From contig JAGIQG010000016.1 of the NCBI GenBank assembly GCA_024679065.1, positions 36,146,001 through 36,210,000 of the forward strand: a stretch of DNA of 64,000 nt, in the 5' to 3' direction. Below are positions 49,991 to 61,800 of this stretch, in pieces. The notes under the pieces were generated by a model. The model worked only from the letters and a program-made list of their open reading frames with translations, searched no databases and had not been told where the DNA came from. Source of the stretch: Sphyrna mokarran (taxonomy: Eukaryota). Positions within the stretch are counted from its first letter, which is position 1. Every line of letters starts with the position of its first letter. Made by a program: the position numbers and the translations under genes.

Positions 49991-50736
49991 GTGTTCTCAT
50001 CGTCACTTGTTATTTAAATAACGTGTGAGGAAAAGGATGCTTATTTGACTTTTTTGCTGTAATTATTATGCTTGTTCAGATATTTCTGCTGTTCCAACCA
50101 ACTTGAATGTCCATGACAGTGGCACAGAGCTTTATACTTTCCTCTGTTCAGTTTTGAAGTCAAGCATTGTTAAATACCATATCCCACACTTCTAATTGCA
50201 ATTATGCTGTTTACGATTCCCACAAGATGTCATAATTGCAATTAAAAGTGTAATTTAAATGTTAATTAATTATGTTCTTATTCCAAAGAGAAATGAGAGC
50301 TTTCTTGTACTCATTTGTTAATTGCTCCGCCAAACTGCAATGCATTTGAATAATTTTGTTTGACTTAGTAAAATCTTTATAATATTGATTAGGGAATTTG
50401 ATATGTTAATGCTAAGTAATAACCAACTGAAGTTGTAGGATATTCATCAATTTTTGATTTAGACAACAATGGAAAAGAAAACATGAATCACTGTTGCAGT
50501 TGTTTAGCAAAGCATAATGTATTTTGCTGTAAGCTGATACCAAGCAATAGTACTGGCACTCATGTGAATTAATTCTTATTCATATACACCTCAGTTTCTT
50601 CATGGCTCATAGCTCTGTGCCTCTGGTGAGCAAGTTTCCTATGCAGTTATTGTTCAGCTGGTCATAACCATATGAGTAATGAACAGTTTCAGTTATATAG
50701 TTACCACAGTTCAATCAGATTTTCAGGAAAGTATAA

Positions 50737-50950
50737 AAATTTATTTATTACTCACAAATAAAACTGACATTAACACTGCAATGAAGTTACTGTGAAACTC
50801 CCCTTATCACCACACTCTGGCACCTGTTTGGGTCAGTGCAGACGCCAGCACATGTTTCGGACTGTGGGAGGAAACTAGACCACCTGGAGGAAACCCACGG
50901 TGGCACAGTGGTTAGGATGCGGCTTCAATTCCCAGCTTGGGTCACTGTCA
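50737..50950 (-). mobile_element. V-SINE tail B with inverted 5' head
   Basis: Minus-orientation body to GAGGAAACCCACG, then plus-orientation head GGTGGCACAGTGGTTAG...TTCAATTCCCAGCTTGGGTCACTGTC. Confidence 0.85.
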
Positions 50951-51069
50951 ACTGATGAAGTTTAAAGTTTATTCATACAAATTGGATGTCATTGAAGATA
51001 TAAATTAAATACATAATAAGTCAATCAGTCTGAATGTATATAATTACAACAACTTTTTATCCTTTTAAT

Positions 51070-51945
51070 TTTTAACCGTTAATGTAATAAAACATTTGAA
51101 GGCAGTTTCAGTGTGTTATAAAGCAACATTTGACAGAGTCACATAAGACAATATTAGACAGATTGATCAAAATCTTGATCAGAGAGGTAAGTTTTAAATC
51201 GAGTCTTAAAAGCGAAAGAGAAATTGTGTGCCAGAGAGGTTCAGGGAGCGAACTGACAGCTAAGGGCACAGGCATCATTGCGAGCAGTTAAAATTGTGAA
51301 TGCTCAAGAGGCTAGAATTGGAGGAGCATAGATATCTGGGAGAGTTGTGTGGTTGGAGGAGATTATAGAGACAGGGAGAAGCGAGGCCATGGAGAAACTT
51401 GAAAACAATTGTGTGAATTTTATATTGAAAATCAGTGACTGGGAGCTGGGGTAAGACATTGAGCAGTCAGGTAATGGGTGAATTAGACTTGGTGCAAGTA
51501 AGAACAATAGCAGGAGAGTTTTGGATGATGTCAAGTCTACAGAGGATAGAATTTGAGAGACAATTTCAGAATAAGCTGAAGCAGTCAGGTCTGGAGGTAA
51601 CAAAGACATGGATATGTGATTCCATCGAAGATAACCTGAAGCAAGGTGAATCAGGGCAATATTGCAAAAGTGGAAATTGATAAGATCATGATGATATGGA
51701 TGTCATGGGAACTCACCTTGGGATCAAATATGACACCAAAGTTGCAAAAAGAATTGTTCAATGTTAGGCAGTTCTCAGGAAGAGCAATGGAGATGATAAG
51801 AGGAACTGAAGACAATGACTTTTGTCTTCTCGGTGTTTAAGGAAAATTCTGCTCGCCCAATATTGGACGGCAGACAAAAAGTTTGATCATTTATTTATAA
51901 CAGGAGTGTAAAAACAAATGGTGGTGAGCTAGAGCTGGGGGATCA
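51070..51945 (-). mobile_element. L2 LINE 3' relic (~0.9 kb)
   Basis: Minus-strand TSRPDC (TSRLDY-like) region and FNIKFTQLFSS; homologous to 23735-24037 and 37750-38100. Confidence 0.8.
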
Positions 51946-52074
51946 ACATACATTTAATCAACCAATTATCAATAGCAAATAAAAGATTGTATAAATAACA
52001 AAAAAGTCATATTAAAAAATTGTAAGTTGCTATTTAAATAATCAATAGATGATAGATTCCACTAATCAAAGAAA

Positions 52075-52410
52075 TAATGACTTTCTATAGCATCATCCTC
52101 TAAAGTGTTTTTCAAAGTTGCTTGAGGGCTAAATATTAGTCAGGACACCTAAGAGATGTACGGGTTAAGTTGATTGACTATGCTAAATTAACCCTAGTGT
52201 TGGGGATTATCAGGGTAAATATGTGGGGTTCTGGACTTGGGCGGGATTGTGGTCGGTGCAGACTTGATGCGCTGAACGGCCTCCGTCTGCACTATAGGGA
52301 TTTATGAGATCTCTTTCAAATAGTGCACAGTAGTTTTTAACGTTCACCTGAGAAGCCAGATAAGGCTTGGTTTGACATCTGATTTAAAAAATGAATAACA
52401 AGTTGAGTCC
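52075..52410 (-). mobile_element. Deu-domain SINE with nested HE1 3' half (52153-52308, plus strand)
   Basis: TTGAGGGCTAAATATTAGTCAGGACACC, then SINE, then TTCAAATAGTGC...TTTTAACGTTCACCTGAGA...GGTTTGACATCT, the reverse complement of the Deu core. Confidence 0.7.
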
Positions 52411-52440
52411 ATCAATAGAACACAAGAAATATTCTGGGCA

Positions 52441-52755
52441 GGGAGAGATGATGGCTAGTGGTATTATCACTAGACCATTAATCCAGAAACTGTGGACTCA
52501 GATTGGAATCATTCCATGGCAGTGATGGAATTTGAATTCCATTAAAAAAAAATCTGGAATTAAGAATCTAATGATGAATTGTCAATTGTCAGAAAAAAAC
52601 CCATCTGGTTCGCTAACATCATTTAGGGAAATCTGCCATCTTTACCCGGTCTGGCCTACATGTGACTCCAGAGTGACTTTTAACTGCCTCAGGCAACTAG
52701 GGATGGGTAATAAATGCTGGTAAGCTAGTGATATCTATGATCAAATAAAAAAAAA
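52441..52755 (+). mobile_element. Third tRNA-derived SINE family (family C)
   Basis: GATGGCTAGTGGTATTATCACTAGAC head, AAACCCATCTGGTT core, GGCAACTAGGGATGGGTAATAAATGCTGG tail and A-tract; second copy at 58215-58873. Confidence 0.8.
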
Positions 52756-53169
52756 TGCAGAGTAAAATACAGGCCAAGGGAGATGGACAGTCCTGGCTAG
52801 ACTTTATATTGTTGGGGGTGAGTACATCATAGCTTAGGGTGCTCCGAAGGCTTTGCACATTGTGCCTAGTCATGAGGGAGAAGTTATGAAGCAACCACAA
52901 GGTGGAATGAGATGCAACTAAAATGAATGATGGCAACTAAAATGAATATTAACAACAACTTTAAAATTACCTGCACCTTGAATAATATTGGGCAAATTCC
53001 CCTGTACAAAATCTATTGTCCCAAATATCGGCTGCACGCTCTTACGTAGGGAGAGATAAATATTCCAGTGCACATCTCCAACGTATCCTGCTGTGTCACA
53101 AAAGTGATTTAGTATAAAACATGCTTGGAACAGGTGTGATTATTCGTATTACTCGTGTTCACGTCGAAT

Positions 53170-53510
53170 CAAGTACAAGTATGTACAACTGTGCTTTCAA
53201 TGTTGCATCTTGGTCAGACAGAGTTTCAATCATCAGGATCCATGTCAATAGCTGATATCGTTATGCAGATAATCATCAGTTTACAAATGATAATCGATTC
53301 CCTTACTCCAAATGATGGGTCGGTAGGTGCACGTTTTTTTTGGTTTTATTGCCCATTTTGAATTTGAAACCATATTGGCTTTTTTCCAACCCAGTGGTAG
53401 TTCCTTAGGGTCCAGTGGCTCCTTCATAATGATTGTCAGTGGTTCATTAATCTGCTCATTTAGTCTCATTTAATATTCTGGGGTAAATAGCTCATATTCT
53501 ATGAAGATGT
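53170..53510 (-). mobile_element. Old CR1 ORF2 fragment
   Basis: INEPLTIIMKEPLDPKELPLGWKKANMV...YRPI motif (ORF 53281-53469). Confidence 0.75.
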
Positions 53511-53739
53511 TTTAAGCTTTTCTTTAAACCTATCTCAAATGTTCGTTTATTCCCCAGAATATTTCTTAAGTGTTAAACCTTCCAATGATTATTTTGAATG
53601 TTACAATTTAAGAAATCATATTCATAATGACTAATCGTAAGACAAAATGAGTTATCAGAATAAATTTCCATTAACTGAACTGTAATCATTTGAAACATCT
53701 ATAAATTTAATCTTCCAAAAGCATGATAGCAAAGGCTTA

Positions 53740-55480
53740 TTGTGTAAATTCATTGTTCTCTTCAAAAAAAATACTTTGATAAAAATGTGTATCAGACATC
53801 AGAATATCTCATTATCGGAGCAGCTTGCTCTCTCTATCTGTGAGCAGCTGGTTTCAGTCACAGCAAGTCGTAAAATATCACTGTTTCCTAAAACCAATAC
53901 AGCTGGGAAATTTTGTGCCAAATTTCATGCTGTGTGTCCTTCATGCTCCAGTCTTAAGAAGCGACCATGTTTCCAGTCTCCCAGGCTCCCAGTCAATATC
54001 TTCAAAGATGGATGCTTCTTTAAAGCAAATATTGATTGTGGATATTGAAGATATGGTGTCATTTGTCATTGCTAATATTATTTAGAGTTATTGTTAAAAG
54101 CTGTAACATGAGAGGTGACCAGGCTTAGGGGAAAACAGGGAATAGAGAGTGCCTCAGTTATGATAGATGACTGCACGGTCTTGGCTTTTATTGCTAGGGA
54201 GCAGTTGGCTGCTGTTTGGTTTACCTTTTTCCAAGAAAAACAGTTTGATGGGTTATGGAAGTGAACAGTATCATTCTGTCATATATGGCGTGAACCTTCT
54301 AGGGTGGTCTGTTCAGCTATGGAGGAAGGGAGGTCAACTTCTTTACAAAATACTTTCAACAGGAAAAGAATTTTTACAGAGGGATCTCTATCATAATTTC
54401 TAAGCTAAAATACACAATAGCTTGGCTTTTGAAATAGGGTCATACATAAAGTGGTATGTATTTAAAAAAGCGCAGGATTTTTTTTTAAAGCTGAGCTGGT
54501 GAAATAGTTCCACTGAGCTGACGACATATTTGTTGAAATATATATTTGCTTCTCATTTTTCCTTGATTTTTGCTGGGGTATGGAACCTCAGGCATTGACA
54601 ATTTTCTAGTACCATGTGTCCACACTTAATATGTAACCGCAGCTTGTGGTGCCAGCAGATTCTGGAACCATTGGAGCACCAGAGACAATTCCAATTCTGC
54701 CCCTGTTCAACATCCGCGTATACAAATGCACTGCTGCATAATTATTGGAACGTGTTTTTTCTGGCTGGTTTCCTCCCCAACCTCCTCCCGTCCTGTCTGG
54801 GGATGCTCATCCAGAAAGCTCTTAAAGTGAGGTGGAAAATTATTTTGGGATTGGATAAATGTGGGCATTGGATTCCGGGACGCTAATCAGATTAGCACAC
54901 GCCTTTTTAATTCATTGTTGTCATTAAATTGTGTGCATTGTTTAATTAAGATGTGTTTAATTTGTTTCTGTCACTGTCTGACTTCCAACTAATTTCACAG
55001 CAGCAGCACCAAGGCAGAATAATGAAGGTTCTTAGGTTAAGCAAAACTATACATCTTTTGTTAGTTTTCCATTGGTTCTCAGCCAATTAATAATGTACAA
55101 TTAGTAACTGTGCTGCAGTAATTTACAAAATCTGATGTTGCTCCGAAAATTGTTTATTTAAATTTACTTCATGTTCTACATGAGGTTTCTAAAAATGTGT
55201 AGCTTCAAACACAGTCAACAAGGTGAGTGTAATTATCTGTGCCGACTTATTATTCAAATTGATTGAAATGTTTTGTATTTTTTTTAACCTGGCCCAATCT
55301 TCTTCGAATACCTCATTTGCATCCATACCCAGAATGCCTCTCTGTGAATACCAAGCTGCACGTTTATATTATTACACACACTGGGGCATCTCTAATTACA
55401 GATAATGGGCTATATGCGCCTGTACAGCTTTAAGACAAGAAGGCTTCTAACAAGCTGCTGACACCAGTCTGTTAGCATCT
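53740..55480. promoter_or_regulatory. Candidate conserved non-coding enhancer block
   Basis: No recognisable TE; palindromic paired-type homeodomain P3 site GCTAATCAGATTAGC (54882-54896), CATTGTT Sox motifs and many TAAT cores. Confidence 0.4.
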
Positions 55481-55552
55481 GTGTTGCCAGGCAACTAGGA
55501 GGCCTGGTAGGATAGGCATTCTGAAGTGACCTTGGTAGTCTGTTTATATTGC

Positions 55553-55553
<1 letters not shown>

Positions 55554-55587
<34 letters not shown>
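55554..55587. repeat. Poly-C tract (34 nt)
   Basis: Directly visible. Confidence 0.95.
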
Positions 55588-55589
<2 letters not shown>

Positions 55590-55859
55590 CCTTGCCCCAT
55601 AGCAAAATGTACTGGTTTGGTACTGGTTTTCACATTTTATAAGTATTTACACAGACTTTTTAAAATCTGGAACTGAAACTAAAAGGCTTCCAATATTTTT
55701 CATCTCCTCATTATGTTGGAAATTATTCATTATGAGATTGAAAGTTTCTCAATCCGATTATTAGTGACACTTCCAGGTGTAGGTTAAGAATAGGGAACAT
55801 TTTATTAAGTATAAATAGATGCCAATAAAAGGCTAATGCTAGTTCCACAAATAGATTAG

Positions 55860-56010
55860 ATGGAACATAGAAAATAGGAGTTGGCCATTTGGCCCATCAA
55901 GCCTGCTTTGCCATTCATTACGATTAATACTGATCCCTACTCAATATCCTATTCCTGTCTCTCTCCTTTTTCTGCCCAGCCCCTCCCCACTCCACATCCT
56001 TTGATCCCTT
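55860..56010 (-). mobile_element. CR1 3' terminal fragment
   Basis: ACATAGAAAATAGGAGTTGGCCATTTGGCCCATCAAGCCTGCT, similar to the start of 32812-33485. Confidence 0.7.
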
Positions 56011-56377
56011 TTGAAGTAGAAGAAAGTGGAAAGGTTAATTTCTTATCGAGGAGTATCCATTCACATTGGATATTTCTCATTACAGAATTGTGGAATGACT
56101 GAGTTTATTCAGTTGTAAGTGTATTTGTAATGGTTCCAGAATTTCTGTGCTTGAGCAAAGAGTTGGTGTTAACACAGTAAATAAAGTTTAATCAAACGGA
56201 TTCAGAATTCTCTGCAATAACATTGCAATGGTTAAACAAAACTAGCATTCTTAGTCACACCATTGATGAGTATTTTGGGCAGTTTTTATACTTGAAGAGT
56301 AAACAGAAAGATGCAATTGGTTAAGAGAATTCTAAGCATCATACTGTGTGGTAGGCAGCATCTTTTCACTTTTATGA

Positions 56378-56790
56378 TGTCAGCTATGGCTCTGTTTGCA
56401 GCACTCTCAGCTCCTTAAGTCAGAAAGTTGTGGGTTCAAGTCCCACTCCAGAGACTTCCACAGGAAGTTGGGTTAGCACTACACTGCAATACTGAAAGTG
56501 TGCCCAAGCCCCTCTGTCTGCTTTCTCAGATGGGCATAGAAGAACCTGTGGCAACATCTTGAAGATGAACAGGCGAGTTAGTCCTTTCTACCATGATCAA
56601 TATTATATCCCTCAATCAACATCACAAGAAGAGATAATCTGTTTACGGATGTTTATGGAGCTTGCCGTGTGCAAATTGGTTGCGATTTTTTTTCTATATT
56701 TCAACAGTGACCTTGCTTGACAAGTATTTCCTAGGCTGAAAGCCATTTGTCCTGAGGTTGTGAAAGGCACTATATATATGTTAGTCATCT
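56378..56790 (+). mobile_element. Deu-domain SINE, best-preserved copy
   Basis: GTCAGAAAGTTGTGGGTTCAAGTCCCACTCCAGAGACTT...TATCCCTCAATCAACATCAC...GTCCTGAGGTTGTGAAAGGCACTATAT. Confidence 0.88.
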
Positions 56791-58214
56791 TTTCTTAAGT
56801 TCTAGGTAATAAGTTATAAAATGGTAAAGTCCTATTTGATGACTAAAATGACGTGTACCTCCTGTAGTGCACTAAACTTTGGCCTTGAAATTACAATGTG
56901 AAGTAACAACATATAAATACCTACTGCATTTATAGGAATAGCCACATCTCTGCAACTTATCAAAGGTATTTAGCTGTTCAATGTAAAATAGATGAATAGC
57001 TTCGCTAACATGTTAGAGGGAAATATTTTTAAAAATTGTTGTAGCATCTGTGGTGTCTACCAATGTAATTTTGAGCATTTAAGAATAATTTCATAATTAT
57101 TTCTGAAGCATTACCAGTTTACTTTCTAAATATGTTGTTCAGCTTTAGAGCAATAGTAATTTCAAATGCTCTCGAGTTAGAAGGGTGGACTGTTGAACTC
57201 TGCAAGGAAGAATGATGACCGCAATGTGACAGGGTACTTGCAAATTGAACTGTGCATTAATCCCAGGGTCACTTTGCAAAGCCTACGTACTTTGAATTGA
57301 AGGAGGTTGAGCTACTTCCCCTGCCCCTGATCAACCGTTCCCCCCAATCTCCTTCCCCTTCTCCCCAGAGATCACATCTCATGGATACTCTTTGTATACA
57401 ATTAAATTAAACTGTGTCCTGAAGTTCTCTTAGGAAATGTTACATTGACATGTAACAGGAAATCAGGAAATGACTGTGAAAGAAGAGAAGTCTAAGAGAT
57501 CCCAATGGTAGAAAAGGAAGCCCGTGAAGAGAAAATGAAAGAATTCCATTGCCTTGAAAAATGGATTATATAATTATACAATGTTATAGCACATAAAGCA
57601 ACCATTGGCTAATCATAACACAGAGCTAGTGCTTTTCTCCATATAAGTCATCCAATATAATCTGAGTCTCCGACTCACTCCCCATATTCTCTAATATTCT
57701 TTTTCAACAACTGTATAATCTCCATTTATAATTAGTTATAGACTCTTTTTCAATATAAGGTTTAGAAGGGAATTACACATTTTAACTCTATTCCTGAATA
57801 AAAAAAAATCCACCCATCTGTTATGATGTTATATTATTTATAAAGAAATAACTATTGTCAGAATATATAATTGGGTGACATGCTTTCTGTTGTACTGGAG
57901 TCACGTACCGAGCAACAGTGTACTAGTCCACTTGGAGAGCAGAAAGAAATACGCTCAATGAACCTCCAGCATTTTGAGACTGATGTGTGATCATTATAAA
58001 TAACATAACATGTTGGCACTGAGTGCCTCTGAATAATAACCAAAACATTTTAAAATAAATCAATCTGGAATATACAAGAGAGAGAGAAAGTAATTAATGA
58101 ATCATGAAAAAATGAAAGGATGCTGTAACAATAAACACATAACCGCAGACTTTCATAAATTGGGAGGCTGTCAATGATGTTGAAAGGCTTTTGAAAAGTT
58201 TTTATAAACTTTAC

Positions 58215-58873
58215 ATTTTGCTTATTCTTGCTGCCAAGGCTAGCATTGGATATCCATTCCTTATTTTCCTTGAACTGAGTGGCATTTAAGAGTCAACCAT
58301 GTTGCTGTCTGTCTGGAGTCAGATAAAATCATAGAAACTGTACAGTACAGAAGGAGGCCATTCGGCCTATCAAGTCTGCAATCCCACCCCAGGCCCAAAC
58401 CCCACAACCCCACACATTTATCCTCTAACCTCTACATCTCGGGACATTAAGGGGCAACTTAGCATGGCCAATCAACCTAACCCACACATCTTTGGACTGT
58501 TGGAGGAAACCGGAGCACCTGCAGGAAACCCACGCAGACATGAGGATAATGTGCAGCTCCACACAGAGACAGTGAAGCAACCCAGGAATTGAACCCAGGT
58601 CCCTGGAGGCAACACTGCTAACTACTGTGCCATATGTAGGCAGAAGCATGTGAAAAAAGTAGATTTTCTTCCATAAAGGGCATGACTAACCCAAATGGGT
58701 TTTACAATAATTGACAATTCATTATTGAGACTCGTTTTTGTTTAATATACCAGAATTATCAATTGTTTTAAAATTTCACCAGCAGTCATGTTGGGATTTG
58801 AACCCATGTTCCCAGAGCATTAGCCTCTGGAATATTTCTAGTGCAGTGACATTACCACTACACCACCATCTCC
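58215..58873 (-). mobile_element. Family C SINE with nested HE1-like SINE (58328-58631, minus strand)
   Basis: TCTGGAGTCA, then HE1, then CATATGTAGGC...AACCCAAATGGGTTTT...GTGACATTACCACTACACCACCATCTCCC; reverse-complement homolog of 52441-52755. Confidence 0.85.
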
Positions 58874-58879
58874 CTCTCT

Positions 58880-61800
58880 TTTTTATCTTTGGACAGGATA
58901 GGAAGGGTTAAATTTGCTCAGCAATTGGGAGTTGAGTGAAGATGACAGCAAAAGCCCAGGCACCATTTTTGAAAAATTCAGCACACATCTCAATGCCAAA
59001 GTCAAATCATTGGATTTACTGATATGAATTTCAAGGCCCGAGGCAGGAATCAACTGAGCCTATTGACAAGTTCATAACAAGACTGTAAAAATGCAACTAG
59101 AAAATGTAAAATTAGAACACAGATGAAAGGCTGTTAGATCAGCTCACCTGGGGCTCTGCACACCCTGAAGTGCAAGAAGATTTAATTGGAAAGGAGAAAA
59201 TATCACAGGCCATAGACGCTACCAAAGCAAATGAAGCCACAAGTAGAGAGGTGAAGATCTCAGTTAAGTCAAGAGAAAGGCAGCAAGGTTGATGAGGTGA
59301 AACCACAACAAAAAATGCATACCAAACATGGAGTAAGATGTATAAGTGGAGTAAATGAATTCACAGCAGAAGGAAATGTTCCACATATGAATCAAACTGC
59401 AGAGCTTTTGGAAAGCCAAGCCATTTGGAAAAATGTGTAAAATAAAGAGACAGAGAAACGGCGCAAATGTGAAATAAAAGAGACTAATACATCCATACCC
59501 TGGAAGATGACATTGAGCTTGAGAGTACAATGGGCATACAGTGCAGAAAGTACCATGCAGAGAAAATAAATTCACACAACCATTCAGATCAACAACAGGG
59601 TGGGGAATAAGCCCACCACCGTAAAGCTAAAACTAAAATGTGATACTGGAGAACAAAGGAACATTATCGTAGTCAGGTTGTATCAGAAGATCTTCCCTGA
59701 AAACAAAGTAAATGAGTAACCTTAGGAAAGGTGCGCTGAAAGTAGGGGGTGCCACACTAACAGCATGTAGGGAAACAGAGATGCCAGAAATGGTTACTGG
59801 AATGTGGAAGTTGACAAGCAATCTTTGCGGTTGATAACATTCAATACTCCCTTTGGACAGTACAAGTTCCTAGTCACATTTTTGGCCATAAAATAAGCCA
59901 GGATGTGTTCCAGCAGAAAATACACAAGGCACAGCAGATGAGAAAGGAGCATTGACCTAGCTGCTGACATCTAGACTGATGGTGCAGAAGAAAAGAAACA
60001 TGATCTACCTGAAGCTATGGAGAGAACCAAGAAAGCAGGGATGAAGCTAAATGCAGACAAATGCTTTGTGAAGGTAACAGAATACCAAGTTTTTGGAATG
60101 ACATGCAGTCATCATGGAATCATGGAATTCTGAAAAGCCACAACCATCTCTGATGTGCAAGCTCCAAAAGACAAGAAAGAATTGATAAGTTGTCTTGGTT
60201 TGATCCAGTACATGTGTTCTTTCATACACCACATCAGAACACATAGCAAATCTTGGAGAGCTGATGAAAGAAGATGTTGAGTACCCGTGATCAGAGTCAC
60301 TTAAGAGGGAGTTTTACCAAACTGAAAGAAGTAGTATGCAAAGACAAGTCCATCATACTATAATAGAAAATGACCTGTGTCACTTTGCAATGATCTCAGA
60401 AAAGGACTGGGCTCATCTTTGGTTCAACGTGGTATACACAAAACTTTAATATTAACTGAGATTGGATATTTCAACGTAGAGAGTTTTTGAAAGTTGTACA
60501 TGGATGTGAGAAATTCTCATACCTTGATGGGAGAGAGTTTACAATGGGGAGTGATCATTGTCCACTGGAGGCGATCTGCAAGAAAAATCGAAGTAAGTCG
60601 CCTGGAAAACTGCAGCATTTCCCTCGAGGCTTCAGAATTATGGTTTCACTCTGAAATACACACCACAGGAGAAATATAAGATAAAAGATCTGGCTATAAA
60701 GATCCATCACCTGCTGGATGTTTCATCACCAAATCAAATTGGAGATATTGGGTCCTGTTTTACCATTTTAATTCAAAGTACTGGCAGTCTTGAAACTGGG
60801 AGTGTTTCAGGTCTGACTTTTAGACCCGTTTTCAGGCGTACCCATACGCACTCTGCCTGTAAAAAAAAAGCAGCGATTCTGAATTGTGCTGCAGAAGTCT
60901 ATGGGTGGGGCTTAATGCACCCAAAACATTACAACTTCAATCAGAGCCTTCAACTGCGCATGCACAGTAAAAGAAATAGAAAAACGCACCCCTGCCACAT
61001 CACTCCCGACCAGATAATGCTTCCTCCTGGCCCCCGCAGACATTGCCACACTCCCACAACATTACCAACCTCCTTATTGCGCTCCCCCTCCCGCCATTAC
61101 CCTCACTGATGACACGCAGAGCGGCAGCAGACACCCCTCCCCTCCGCCAATCACATGCAAAACGGCAGCAGACAACTTTCCCTCTCACCAATCACACACA
61201 GAGGAGCAGCAGGCCCTCTGTGCCACCCCCTCCTGCCCCCCTACCAGAGAGCCTCCTGACCCATCTTCTCACACCCGCATCAAAAAGACATCTCACCCGC
61301 CTCCAATTTCCCCACTAGAGGGGCATCTGATCCATTTCCATCCCCTCTCCCCCACCTACCAGACAGACATCTGACCTGCCTCCCTTCCCCCACCCAGCAG
61401 AGAGCCATCTAACCCAGTCGCTGTCCCCACCTCAGAAACATCTCATCTGTTTCCCTTTCCCCAACCAGAGAGCCATCTGATCCACCCACCCCTCCACCAG
61501 AGAGCCATCTGAACTCCACCACCCCCCCCCCCCCCCCCCCCCCCCACCTCCCTCCACCTTTCAATCCACCTCACCACTGATCTGAGTCAGCCACCGGAAG
61601 TTCTGAACTGACCTCCTCAGAAGCCGGAGAGGCCAAATCGGACCTTTGCAGATCACTTCTATTTCACAGTGAATCTGGATCAACGAACGCAGTGGTAAAG
61701 AGGGAGGTGATAGTAAGTTTGGATATGCACGCCATTAAGTCAATTTAAATACATGCAAATGCATTTAAATCGACGTCATGCCTGTTTGGGGCGTGATGTG

